From: Thecamonas trahens ATCC 50062
Taxonomy: Eukaryota; Protista; Apusomonadida
Reading direction: 5' to 3'
NCBI RefSeq assembly: GCF_000142905.1
Contig: NW_013657658.1
Coordinates: 248,001-312,000, forward strand
DNA length: 64,000 nucleotides
The position numbers were made by a program, and so were the translations under genes. This document shows, piece by piece, positions 23,295 to 34,311 of this stretch (positions are counted from its first letter, which is position 1; every line of letters starts with the position of its first letter). The notes under the pieces were generated by a model. That model ran no database searches, was not told where the DNA came from, and saw only the letters and a program-made list of their open reading frames with translations.

Positions 23295-25948
23295 TTAAAG
23301 CTTCGCGACGAGGGCGGCAAGCGCAGTCTCGATACTGGCAAGCCGAGAGTCAAGGGTTGTGGCGGTTGTAGCGGTTGTGGCAGTTGTGGCGGTTGTGGTG
23401 GTCGTGGTGGTCGCAGCGGATGAGGCTGACGCCGACGCCGAAGTTGTGACCGGCGGAGCGTGGGCTGCCGTCTGGATGAGGCGCGCGATCTGGGGCGAAG
23501 AGACAAAGCCCGCAGACGAGGCGGCAGAAGTGGCACTAGAGTCCGAGGCCGATGTATCAAAGTCAGCCGAGTCGAGCGTGGCCTGGAGCGCGGCCGGCGC
23601 AGCGGCAGCGGCAAAGGCCGAGCCCGGGTCGGCGACAAGCGGGTAGACGGCAACTGAGCTCGAGGTGCGGGTGTAGATGTGGAGCTTGAGGGCGACGGCG
23701 CAACGAGCCGCCACGTCGACGGCAATCCAGATGGCAAAGCGGACCTCGTTGTTCGACCGCGACTCTTGATAGAGCACGAGATCCTCGCCAGACTCGATGG
23801 CCTTGTGGACGATGCAGCGAAGAATAAAGTGCGAGGGCTCGAAGCGATAGCCAGGCGCCGAGAGCGAGAACGCCTTGCTGGCGTCGGACGAGTCCACCAT
23901 AGTGAGCGCAGAGCGGGAAAAAGCCTCGACGTTGTCGGCGTAGATGTGGAGGCGGGCGTCGGCCGGCGGAGCGGAGAAGAGCTCTTGCGGCGGGTTAGCA
24001 AAGGTAAACTCGAACCGGCCCTCTGCGCCCTTCTTGGACTCGAGAACAATGGCAAAGTCAATGGCGGTGAAGCGAGCGATCCAGGTGGCGCGACGCCAGC
24101 GGAAGTTGGCCTCGGCCTTGCCGGGCGACGGGACATGGAAGGTGAGGACCCCGCGGGCAACACCGTCAGCAGGGAGGACGGCAGGCCAGCTGGAGCTTGT
24201 CAAGCGGGAGTCAGCGTCGCCGGCGCCGGATGACCAGGACGTGAGCTCGAGGCCCGACGCCGGCCAGTCCTGAGCGACGTGGGTCCAGGCATCGCTGCCG
24301 GCGCCATGCGGTCGCCAGAGCACCTCGCCATCGAGGAGAGTGATCTTGGCGGTCTCACTAAGGTTGATGAAGGTGGCTTCAAGAGCAAAAACGTCGGCGT
24401 TAGTCCGACTCGCCGCTGTGCCGACAACATCCGCAGTGAGCTTGAGCGAGACTGGGAGGTCGCCAGCGGGCGTGAGGCGGGCGCGGGCCTTGGCGTCGGC
24501 GCGTCGGGTGCGGCCGGAAAGGCGTTGGGAAGAAAGGCACCGGCAGTGGCGAGGACCGGCTCGGGGGTGACGGCAGCATCGGCACTAGTGGGGGCAGCAC
24601 TCATGTTGGTCGAAAACTCGGTCTCGACGCCGCTCATCTCGAGAGTGGCCGGATCAATGTACACGACGTACGAGGAGGGCTGGGCGTCGGGCGCTGACTG
24701 GTCGACATGCGACGGCATGATGGAGAGGCGAATGCCGACAATGGTCCGCAGCTCACTGGCGTCTTCGCGCGGTTCCAGCGCGTAGACCCACTCGGCCTTG
24801 AACCATGTGGGAGCTGTTGCCTGCGTGGCTGTTGTGAGCGAGGGGATGGGCTCGACAAGCGGCAAGGCCGGCTTGGGGATGTGGGCGATGCGCTCCCAGC
24901 CACCAGCCTGGGCCTCAGCGATGTCGTCCGGCGAGAAGAGGCAAACCCACGAGATGTTGTCAAGCGCGACAAAGAGATGGCCGGAGCGCGGGCCGTCGTT
25001 GACAATGCCAACGGTGGCAACGAGCTCAGTCTCGGCAGCATAGTCGTCGACCGAGGCGGTGAAGAGCTTGGTGGCGTGCGAGCGCCAGCCGACGGTGTCG
25101 AGAGCCCACTCGTAGCGGCGAGTGTAGGGAAAGTTGTTGTGGTGGACGGCGGCGTGGCGGGCACGGCGGTAGCCGGCCTCGCCGCGCGGCTTGTTGTTGA
25201 TCCACGGCGAGTAGTACGTGTAGCGGCAGGCGCCGCGGCCGTTGGCCGACTCGACAAAGTCTTGCCCACACTGGACGCAGGAGAAGGTCTCCTCGGGCCC
25301 GAGCTCGTCACGCGCATGCCACATCGCACGGTAGCGCGGCCAGACGTACGAGTCAAGGCGCTTGACAATGGTCGGGATCTTATCCTTGAGGCTTCGCGGA
25401 TCAACAAAGACGCCCTGGATGGAGAACAGCTCGGCCATGGTCTGGGCAACCGTCTTGAGCTCGCCGCCGGCGTCCGAGGCGGCCTGGCGGGTGGTGAGCG
25501 AGACAATGTCCGGAAAGGGACTCCAGGCCGAGAACCGATGGTAGGCGCGAGCATCGTCGACATGGCCAACCAGCAGCGGCAAGATTTCCATCCTCCCAGC
25601 GTCTCTCAGAGCAAGGGCCTTCTCATACTCGAGCAAGACATTGTCCTTGTCATCGGGACCAAGGGAGGCAATGTTGGCAATGGCCTTGGCCGAGATGAGC
25701 GGGATGAAGAGCATCGATCCATGGAGGCCGTTGAGAAAGCCCCTCTCCCAGTCCTCTCCCTCCACCAGATTGTTCCGATCAAGAAAGCACCGCACACGGA
25801 CTTTGTCCTTTCCAATCACCGCCTGTTGGAGCTTGTCACAGAGCGACTCGGCCAAGCCAGCCTCAGTCGCCACCCTGTACGAGATGAACACATGAAAAAG
25901 CTTCTTGGCCTCGGTTGCCTCACCTGCAATGGAAGTATCCGTAGACAT
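23295..25948 (-). CDS. TIR-domain protein (N-terminal TIR, CxxC..C putative zinc motif, unknown C-terminal domains, coiled tail); one frame break near 24500
   Basis: FHVFISYRVATE (TIR box 1), CFLDRNNLVEGEDWERGFLNGL, FIPLIS, DNVLLEYEKAL, ILPLLVG. ORFs 24200..26074 and 23295..24323 overlap in different frames. Confidence 0.8.
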
Positions 25949-26257
25949 ATGGTTTGGAGAGAAAGAGAGAGAAATGATGAGTATGGGGGGGGGGGTGGGA
26001 TGAGGGGAAAGAGGAAACAAGCACGCGGATTCGCGCCGAGAGAAAGAAACCAGGACAAAGGAAAGAACGGTCACAGATGGAAGGGGGGGGGGGGGAGAGG
26101 ACGGTTTGGCGAAGGAGGGAATGGCCAGGAGAGGAGGAGGAGGGAGGGAGGGGAAGGGGGGAGGGGGAGGGCAATCGGGGGGGAAAGGGGGGGGGGGGGG
26201 GGGGGGGGGGAGGGACTGGCTTGGCAGGGTGACTGGCTAGGCAGGGTGATCGCCACG

Positions 26258-26336
26258 GCTTGATCACCACCACCGCTTGATCACCACCACCGCTTGATCA
26301 GGAAGTTGATCACACACAGCGGCGGGCGTTGATCAA
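26258..26336. repeat. 17-bp tandem repeat (GCTTGATCACCACCACC x2.5) and five clustered TTGATCA motifs in a divergent intergenic region
   Basis: Read directly at 26258-26300, with further GTTGATCA copies near 26306 and 26328. Confidence 0.85.
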
Positions 26337-26431
26337 ACGGTCCTCGTCGCCAGCCACCACAGAGCCAGCAACAGGGCCACCACCCCACCCACCCACCCAC
26401 CCACCACCACCACCACCACCAGTCACGCACC

Positions 26432-29011
26432 ATGGCAGCAGCTATGTACTCTGCATATGACGAGGTGTCTGCCACCGACTACACGGTAGAGGGAATGACC
26501 TTTGAAAGCCTCTCCGACTTTGACTTTGACGGTGAGGAGACGGACGATGTGTTGGTGGGCCACGGCAGGACGACGACGACGGCGACCACCAGCAAGTATG
26601 GTGCCCACCATGATGACCTCGACTACCATGATCTTGATCTAGACTTTATTGATGATGATGGTGGTGATGATGTCTCCAATGGTCTTCAACTCTCTCCTGT
26701 TCCTCGTGCTCCTCCGTCGGTTGCTTCCGCTCGCCAAGTTCCGGCTCCAGCTACCACTGGCTACTACCCGTCCGCGACGGCAGCTCCTGCTACGCCAGGT
26801 AGTGCCACCATGAACTCTTCGAGGGCCATCCTGGCCGCTACAAGGGTCCGGGGTCAGCCCATGCCAGATACTCCGCCGCATCATGCTGTGTCGTCCATCG
26901 GGACTCCGGTCCCCTCGCTCCTTGCGTCAGAGACGGAGGAGAGCACAGAGCTGGAGGCCTCGCTGCTAGCGGCTGAGGAGGCTGCAGCCGACGGCTATGG
27001 CTCGGGTCGCATGGGGCCAGATGTTTACTACACCGCGGGGATCACTGCCGACGGCGCGCGGCATGTGGCGCAGCCGGGCAGTCGCCGCACCGCCCGCGAT
27101 GAGGCGTATGCGGGCGGAGGCGTAACTCTCCGCGACAAGCTCGAGCTCAAGCGCAAGTTCTACGCCGAAAAGTTCCGCGTTCGCTCGCCGGCCGAGATCC
27201 GCGCGGCGGCAAGTGGCGATAGCGTGCCGCGGAGCCACGTGGCAGGCAACGGGCTGGCCGAAGTGCTCTCGCCGGAGCAACGCAACATGCTTACACTCGC
27301 GCAGTCGACGCCCGACGTGCGACCGCTGCTCTCCGAAGCCGACTTTGCCCGGGCGCCGCGGGCTGCGGCGCAGGCCGAGAGTGCGCTGGCGAGCGTCGAC
27401 TCGCCGCGGGCGGCATCGGGCCGCGGCACCCCGCGCTCGCTCCGCACCGGCTCGCAAAGCTCACGGACCCGGCGGCGGCATGTGGCCAAGCTCGAGGCGC
27501 AGGAGGCAGAGCAAGCAGTCATCGAGCGCAAGGTCGAGCTGGAGATGCGGCGAATGGAGCTCGAGGCGACGCTCTCACGCTCCAAGCGCAAGGTGCTCAA
27601 GCAGCGCAAGCTGCTGACCAAGACGACGGTGCCCGAGCCAATTTCGTCGTCGCTGGCGGGCCGGTCCAAGGCGCGGGAGGAAGCGCGGATCGAGAACAAG
27701 CGCAAGATTGCGCGGCGGCGCGCGTTTGACGCTGCCACTCGTGAGTGCCGCCAAGTCGTTGGCCAGGCTGTCACCCCGCTGGTCCGCAAACCCGAGACCG
27801 CGGCGCAGATTCTCGAGTCGCAGACCGAAACAGCCACCGCCATCCACTCGCTCAAGACCCAAGACCAGATCCGGACCAACGCTGTCCGCATCTCGTCGGC
27901 ATCGGCCAAGCGGCTGCAGCTCGAGACCGCGCACCTGCTCCGAAAGCTGGAAAACACGCCGTCGGCTGTGCGCCAGCGGGCGCAGGACCGCCACGCCGCG
28001 CGCCTTGCGCGCGCGCAGTCTCGCCGCCGCCAACCACCGGCCTGTGCCGAAACAACAACCAAAACGTTTGAGAGCTCGCGCAAGATTGCGCTCCGCATGC
28101 GCGAGCAGCTCGCCGAGCGCGAGAACCCTCCGCCGCACAAGCCGCTTCGTGTTCGCCCGCTTCCAGACGAGGTTGCAAAACGTCTCGTTCCCGAGCCAAA
28201 GCGCAACGTCGATGGTCTCACCCGCAAGGAAGAAGTTGAGGCTCGCGCTGCTGCCAAGGCCGCCGGAAAGACCTACGTCCCGTCCCGGCAGCCGGAGGTG
28301 TCTGTGGCAACCCCGTCGCGGACGCCGCCGCCCAAAAAGCGAAAGGCCGCTAGCAAAAAGGAGGTTGTGCCCGATCCTAAGCCCAAGTCGGAGCCCAAGT
28401 CGGAGCCCAAGTCGGAGCCCAAGTCGGAGCCCAAGTCGGAGCCCAAGTCGGAGCCCAAGTCGGAGCCAAAGGCAGAGCCAAAGGTGGAGACGCCTGAAAC
28501 GCCCGAACCAAAAGCCAAGGCCAAGGCCGAGCCGGCTGCTGTCGAACCGGAACCGGCGCCAAAGCCCGAGCCAGTGCTAGAGTCAGAGCCAGAGCCAAGC
28601 GGGTCGATTTCGCTGGGATCAGACGACCTCGACCTTGGCGACGTGGACAATGTGAGCAGCGGCAATCTCGACCTCGACGAGGTGCCTGATGACGATCTCG
28701 GACTTGATGACGGCGAGGCCGGTGCCGACGAACTGGATCTTGGCGACTCGGACGATCTGGGTCTCGATGGCTCGGACGACCTAGGTCTCGGCGGCTCGGA
28801 CGATCTGGACCTCGGCGGCTCGGACGATCTGGACCTCGGCGGTTCGGACGATCTGGACCTCGGCGGTTCGGACGATCTGGACCTCGGCGGCTCGGGCGGC
28901 GACGGCTCGCTCGGCTCGCTCGACCTCAACTCGTCAGACGAGGCGCTGCTCGACGACGACGGCTCGCTCGACCTCAACCTCGACGACGACGACCTCGACC
29001 TAGACTTGTAG
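26432..29011 (+). CDS. Unknown 859-aa protein: acidic N-terminus, basic coiled-coil middle, (PKSE)7 and (GGSDDLDL)n repeats, acidic tail
   Basis: Long ORF with ATG start and codon usage like neighbouring genes. No family recognised. Confidence 0.75.
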   Translation: MAAAMYSAYDEVSATDYTVEGMTFESLSDFDFDGEETDDVLVGHGRTTTTATTSKYGAHHDDLDYHDLDLDFIDDDGGDDVSNGLQLSPVPRAPPSVASARQVPAPATTGYYPSATAAPATPGSATMNSSRAILAATRVRGQPMPDTPPHHAVSSIGTPVPSLLASETEESTELEASLLAAEEAAADGYGSGRMGPDVYYTAGITADGARHVAQPGSRRTARDEAYAGGGVTLRDKLELKRKFYAEKFRVRSPAEIRAAASGDSVPRSHVAGNGLAEVLSPEQRNMLTLAQSTPDVRPLLSEADFARAPRAAAQAESALASVDSPRAASGRGTPRSLRTGSQSSRTRRRHVAKLEAQEAEQAVIERKVELEMRRMELEATLSRSKRKVLKQRKLLTKTTVPEPISSSLAGRSKAREEARIENKRKIARRRAFDAATRECRQVVGQAVTPLVRKPETAAQILESQTETATAIHSLKTQDQIRTNAVRISSASAKRLQLETAHLLRKLENTPSAVRQRAQDRHAARLARAQSRRRQPPACAETTTKTFESSRKIALRMREQLAERENPPPHKPLRVRPLPDEVAKRLVPEPKRNVDGLTRKEEVEARAAAKAAGKTYVPSRQPEVSVATPSRTPPPKKRKAASKKEVVPDPKPKSEPKSEPKSEPKSEPKSEPKSEPKSEPKAEPKVETPETPEPKAKAKAEPAAVEPEPAPKPEPVLESEPEPSGSISLGSDDLDLGDVDNVSSGNLDLDEVPDDDLGLDDGEAGADELDLGDSDDLGLDGSDDLGLGGSDDLDLGGSDDLDLGGSDDLDLGGSDDLDLGGSGGDGSLGSLDLNSSDEALLDDDGSLDLNLDDDDLDLDL
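28382..28465 (+). repeat. Perfect 12-bp coding minisatellite CCCAAGTCGGAG x7 (PKSE)
   Basis: Seen directly. Confidence 0.95.
28741..28890 (+). repeat. 24-bp coding repeat encoding GGSDDLDL, about 6 copies
   Basis: ggcggYtcggacgatctggacctc units. Confidence 0.9.
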
Positions 29012-29032
29012 CCGTAGGCAGAGAAAGATGGT

Positions 29033-30657
29033 TTACACAAGCTTGCTCAGGGTCTGCAGCACCATATCATGCGGCAGCGTTGAAACATGACGGTAGGTAA
29101 CGAGCGAGTAATCGGCCGCGTCATGCCACTCGTCCGGGATCCAGCCGGATGGATGCCAGCGGATAAGGACTTGGGTCGCGTCCTCAAGCGACTGCGAGAC
29201 CAGCCGCTGGACTACGACACGGCCGTCGAAGCGGAACATGCCCGAGACAAGGTCCAACCGCGAGTCGGCAGCGAGGATGCGGGCCATGTGTTTGGCGTCG
29301 GCGCTCTTCCGCGCAGCGACGACTGGAAAGTAAGGTGAGCTCGAAGTTGCGGTCGAGCCGCCGTTCCACGAGCTGAGCGCCCGGATGAGCGCCACCGGCT
29401 CGTGAAAGGCAAAGCCGGAGGAGTTATTGTAGGTGTGGAGCGAGCGGGTGATTTGCGAGTTGTCAGTGTGGACCCACTTGTCGCGGGAGGCCTCCACCTT
29501 GGCAACGTCGGCAAACGACGGGAGGTACGGGTAGGGCCACGGCTCAGTGCCGGGAGCCACATCCGTCTGGTACGCGAGTGCGTGCTTGATCGAGGCTGGT
29601 GGAACACCAGAAGCCTGGCCATGGGCCATAATCCGGGACGCGAGCGGACGCAGGCGCTTGCTTGGCGCCGCCGTTGCCGCTCGCTTGCGGGACCGGCGCC
29701 GCTTGCGGTCGTTCTTAGCGCCAGGATACAAACCTTCATGGTACTGCAAAAGGCGCTTGGTCAGTTGCTCGACGGCAAGGAAAACGGCAAAGTCACGCAG
29801 TGCCGGCGGATCCGAGTACATATCTGTGAGGCTTGTGACGACAACGCGAATAAAGGCCGTTCGCACATCGTCAAAGTTGTCGCGCTTGAGTGCCTTGATA
29901 ACGTCGCGGGCCCAGAGCGACTCGATAACGTCAAAGACGGCGTTGCGAATACTCCAGGCGAGCGTAAACATGGCCGACGTCAGCATCACCCCGTTGATCA
30001 CCTTGAGCTCGCCAAGATGAAGGACAGCCAGGTAGCCGGCGTGAGCTGGGAGCGGGTTGGCCTCGATGCGGAGGACCTCGATGTGCGGCATGGTGTGGAC
30101 AAACTCGACATTGGCCAAGCGGTTGCACGAGACATCCAAGACTCGCACACGAGGCAGCGGGAGATCGAGCACCTCCAGCTCGTTGTTGGCGATGTTGAGG
30201 TAGATGAGCGAGACTAGCTGCGAGGCGACCTTGGTCGGGCACACAAGCCGTCGCAGGCCGAGCGATGAGAGATTAAGTTCCTTCTGTATGTGTGATAGGG
30301 TGTGCGTGTGATGATGTGTTTGTGATGGGGTGTACGTGTGATGATGTTGTGATGATGTGTGTGCGTGCGTGATGATGTGTGTGCGTGCGTGATGGTGTGT
30401 GTGTGTGTGTGGCGAGTGATCGAAGTGTGTGCCGTGTGATGAGTCATCGATGAATGTGCGCGTGGTGAGTGACGAGTGATCGATGTGTGTGTGTGTGTGT
30501 TGGTGTGCCCCCTTCCCCCTCCTCCCCCCCCTTTCCCCTTCCCCCTCCCCTTCACCCCCTCCCTCTCCCCTCCCCCCCTCCTCACACATACCACATCCTC
30601 CATCCTCTTACAACCAGACACGGCCAACACAGCATCTACCGAGAGGGTCAGCTCCAT
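29033..30657 (-). CDS. Leucine-rich repeat (SDS22-like) protein; 2 exons (30657-30592, 30283-29033)
   Basis: MELTLSVDAVLAVSGCKRMEDV | KELNLSSLGL, LIYLNIANNEL, VRVLDVSCNRL, IEVLRIEANPL, LRR-cap-like LKVING. Intron GTATGT..CAG, phase 0. Confidence 0.8.
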
Positions 30658-31101
30658 GAAGAGTCCTCCACTACACACACAGACCACTTTCAGAGTGCAG
30701 TGTACCCTCTTCCCTCCACACTTGTTGCCATCCCCCTTGACCTCGCCAGGTGACAGTGTCTGCCCATGTGATCGTCGCTGATCCTCGGTCAGATGGACGG
30801 AACACAACTGCAACACTACATCGGAAGAAGGGGAAGGCTATAAGCACCCGTGCAGCATCCACACATCTGCAGTACTTGCTCTATGATGTGTGCAATATTG
30901 ATCCTGACTAACTGACTTTATTTGATATGATGATTTGCTATCTATATAATAGTCATCGCTCATCAGTGCCATGCCGTGGCTACACGTCGAGTTAGAGAGG
31001 AGCCCATCGCTATCCTTGGACCCCCCCCATACAACTTGTCCCATTCCATGGTCATTGATACAGATTGCTTGCTCCCTCTCTCTCTCGCACCCTGTGCTTG
31101 C

Positions 31102-31887
31102 TTACTGCGTCTTGGAGGTGGCGTTGATGTAGACGCCGTAGACAAAGCCGATGAGGTTGAAGATGGGGACAGTGAGCTGAGCCGGTGCAAACTTGAAGAC
31201 AATGAGCTGGATGATTGGAAAGTATGTCCACGTCTGCTTGACAATAGGGACAAAGTCGCGGAAGATGCGGGCCTGAAGGTCGTCGCGGCTGAGGCCCTCG
31301 ATCGTCCCCAGCGCGTAGAGGTAGACATAGGTGACGATGGGAATGATGAAGATGTTGACGGCTGCAAGATGCAGTGACATGTTAGTGATTGACGATGATG
31401 TGAGGTTGGTAAAGACAACATCAGCTGCTCCGTAGAGGACATGGTTGAGCGGGGCGTTGATCAGAGCACCGTATGCGCCCATCTTGGCCACCCGCAACCA
31501 ACCGATGTTGGCGCCCACCACAGCGAGCGCCTTCTCCTTTGCCACATCCAACCACTCCGCGACAACCCGCGCCACCGACACTGTCCTTTCGTTGCCGCTA
31601 TTGCCAGCACGGACGCCATCGCGGCCGTCCAGCCCAGGAGACCGTATCGGCGATCCGAGATTCGACTGGCCCGCATTGCCGGGGAACGACGTCGCCGTCC
31701 GCCAGATCGAGCTCGAGTCGCGAGCCGACGCTGCTGAACGAGCACGAGCGGCAGTTTGGCGTGATCTTGCTGTCCGACTCGCCAGGATCTGTCCCAACGT
31801 CTCTTCGGTGGCGTTGAGGACAGCGCAGGTGAGCATCTTGGTCAGTAGCGGGCTCCGCTCCAGCGCTGCCATATACAACCGCAGCAT
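31102..31887 (-). CDS. Mpv17/PMP22 family membrane protein
   Basis: YMAALERSPLLTKMLT, RVAKMGAYGALINAPLNHVLY, WTYFPIIQLIVFKFAP..VPIFNLIGFVYGVYIN. Confidence 0.88.
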   Translation of the reverse strand: MLRLYMAALERSPLLTKMLTCAVLNATEETLGQILASRTARSRQTAARARSAASARDSSSIWRTATSFPGNAGQSNLGSPIRSPGLDGRDGVRAGNSGNERTVSVARVVAEWLDVAKEKALAVVGANIGWLRVAKMGAYGALINAPLNHVLYGAADVVFTNLTSSSITNMSLHLAAVNIFIIPIVTYVYLYALGTIEGLSRDDLQARIFRDFVPIVKQTWTYFPIIQLIVFKFAPAQLTVPIFNLIGFVYGVYINATSKTQ

Positions 31888-32781
31888 GATAAAGTCGTGC
31901 AGAGGACTATGTTCAGAGCGTTCGGCCAATGCTGGTTGCCCTCTGTCCCTAAGAGCGACTTGTTTTCAGGTGAGGTGTGGCAGCTACTGCCCGGCCGCGG
32001 CCAAGCGACTCCAGGCGCCCACTCGATGGTCACTGGAGCTGGAGACGATCAGGGGCCAGACGAGAGTACCGCGCACACGCACACGGTCAGCACAAGATGA
32101 TTGACATCCGACAGTGATGAATATCTCTTGCGATCCGACAGTAGCAGCTGTCGGCGAGGTGCAGTGATCCGGATTCACACCATCTGGTCTTCCTGACCTC
32201 GCTGCCGGGCTGGAGCTGATCAGACGCCAAATACGTGGACTGCACACAAGCCCAAAGTCAGCTCAAGATCGTCACGCCACTCTGATGCTCCACAGGCGGT
32301 GAGTCTCTCTGGCCATGCTACGATAGCAGCTGTCCTGTCGAGAGCTGCTGTAATCCACATCCGATCAGATGTGATCGCTCTCTACCGCCCCGATGACAGA
32401 CTATCAGCAAGCATCAAACCTCATCACAAAGCACACATCATCCGCATCAAACCTTTGCGGCCACTTTGTAATCAGAACCAGTCATCATAATACTCATGTT
32501 GTCGATGTTGTATTTTTTGGAAGGGGGGGGGTGGTGGTGGTGGGGGGGGGGGGGCGAGCACGTGGCGCCAAAAGGGGTGAGCGAGCGAGGCCAGCACGAA
32601 AACGGGCGAGAGACTGACTGGCAGGGGGGGGAGAGGGGGGGGGGGAGACAGCCGAGGGGGGGGGGGGGGTGGCGGGGGGGTGGGGCCTGCCACGGTTTGC
32701 AAGGGCCATACCACACCACTCGACTGTGCTGTAGAGGGAGAGTGTATGTACACAGGTAGGAGTGATACAGAGAGTGGGAGT

Positions 32782-34293
32782 ATGGGTCATAGGCTCCTGG
32801 GCTTGCTGACCAACCCATCTGCCTCTGCTACCTCTGCTCCGCCGTCATCGTCGTCATTACTCTCGTCGGCTTCCTCGGCTCATACTTCGGTGGAATCGGC
32901 TCATGGTTCGGTGGCTACTGGGCGACATAGGTCGAGTGATGGAAGTCCTTCTTCGCCATCAAGGCATTTGTCGTCGTTGCACTCGGTGGCGAGGCTCTTT
33001 ACCGAGCTACATGAGGAGCGCTCGTGGTTGACAAATGAGTCGGAGAAGCTCTTCCGCTCGCGAGTCGATGTCGCTGCTGAACTGCGTGAGGTCGACAAGG
33101 CTCTGGCAGAGCTGACTGCGCGAAAGGGGCATCTCGAGTCGCGCTTGTCCTCCATCGGTGTCCGCGAGGCCGAGCTCAAGACCTCGGTTGCAGCCCTGGA
33201 TGCCAAGCTCAAGTCGATCGGCGATGTCTCGGAGGGCTTCGAGCATCGGGTCAAGTCGATCAAGGGCGCGCCGGTGGCGGGCGACGATCCGCTGGCTTCG
33301 CCACCTGGGCGGAGTGGCGGCGCAGTGTTTGCGCGCGCGTCGTCAGCCGAGCCGACGCCCGGCGTCTCGTCGTATGATGCCGAGACGGGCACCTTGCGGG
33401 TGCTGTCGCCGCTGGGCCTGGCGCGCGACGGGCGGGCAACCAGCGGCATCGACATGTGCACGCGGACGTTCTACGGGCACTCGGCGTCTGTGGCGGCAGT
33501 GTGCTACGAGCCTGTGCGCGGCAAAGTGTTCTCGGGCTCATCGGACGCAACGGTTCGGATGTGGAACATCGACTCGGGCGTGTGCGAGCGGTCGTTTCTC
33601 GGGCACACGGGATGGGTGCGGGCACTGCAGGCTTCGGGCGAGGTGGTGGTTTCGGGCTCGGGCGACAAGACGGTGCGGGTGTTTGAGCTGACAACAGGCG
33701 TGCAGAAGCTGCTCCTCGCCGGGCACAACGGCTCGGTCTCGTCGCTCCAGTTTGAGGGCTCAACGCTGGTCACGGGTTCGCTTGACAAGACGGCGCGGGT
33801 GTGGGACATGGAAGCTGGGGCCGAGGTGCTTGCGCTTCGTGGCCACGACTCGTACATTGCCGATCTCCAGTTCTGGCAGTACGGGCTGGCGACAGCGTCA
33901 GGCGACGCCACCATCAAGTTCTGGGACATCCGAACTGGCGAGTGCCACCGGACGCTGACCGGGCACGCCGGCGGAGTGCTTACGCTCGGCTTTGATGCCT
34001 CGTATTTGTACACGGGCGGGACGGATAAGGTGCTTGCGGCGTGGGATCTGCGGATGGGGTCGATGGCGGCTTCTGTGGCGCTGCCGGGCGGGGTGCAGAG
34101 CCTAGCGTTTGCCGGGCAGACGCTTGTGGCTGCAGCCGGCTCGCCAGTCGTCCATGTCTTTGACCGCGAGTCGTTGACTGAGACGGGGCTGCTCCGCGGG
34201 CATGTGAACACGGTCAAGTCGCTGCACATGGGAGCAGGCGGGCTTGTGGTGTCTGGCGGGGCCGACGCCAACGTCAAGACCTGGCAGGTGTGA
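32782..34293 (+). CDS. Coiled-coil + WD40 protein resembling the mitochondrial fission adaptor Mdv1/Caf4 (start uncertain)
   Basis: Coiled coil followed by about 7 GH..WD repeats; LQFWQYGLATASGDATIKFWDIRTGECHRTLTGH. Confidence 0.75.
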   Translation: MGHRLLGLLTNPSASATSAPPSSSSLLSSASSAHTSVESAHGSVATGRHRSSDGSPSSPSRHLSSLHSVARLFTELHEERSWLTNESEKLFRSRVDVAAELREVDKALAELTARKGHLESRLSSIGVREAELKTSVAALDAKLKSIGDVSEGFEHRVKSIKGAPVAGDDPLASPPGRSGGAVFARASSAEPTPGVSSYDAETGTLRVLSPLGLARDGRATSGIDMCTRTFYGHSASVAAVCYEPVRGKVFSGSSDATVRMWNIDSGVCERSFLGHTGWVRALQASGEVVVSGSGDKTVRVFELTTGVQKLLLAGHNGSVSSLQFEGSTLVTGSLDKTARVWDMEAGAEVLALRGHDSYIADLQFWQYGLATASGDATIKFWDIRTGECHRTLTGHAGGVLTLGFDASYLYTGGTDKVLAAWDLRMGSMAASVALPGGVQSLAFAGQTLVAAAGSPVVHVFDRESLTETGLLRGHVNTVKSLHMGAGGLVVSGGADANVKTWQV

Positions 34294-34311
34294 CCAGGCA
34301 GGTGACGGCAT

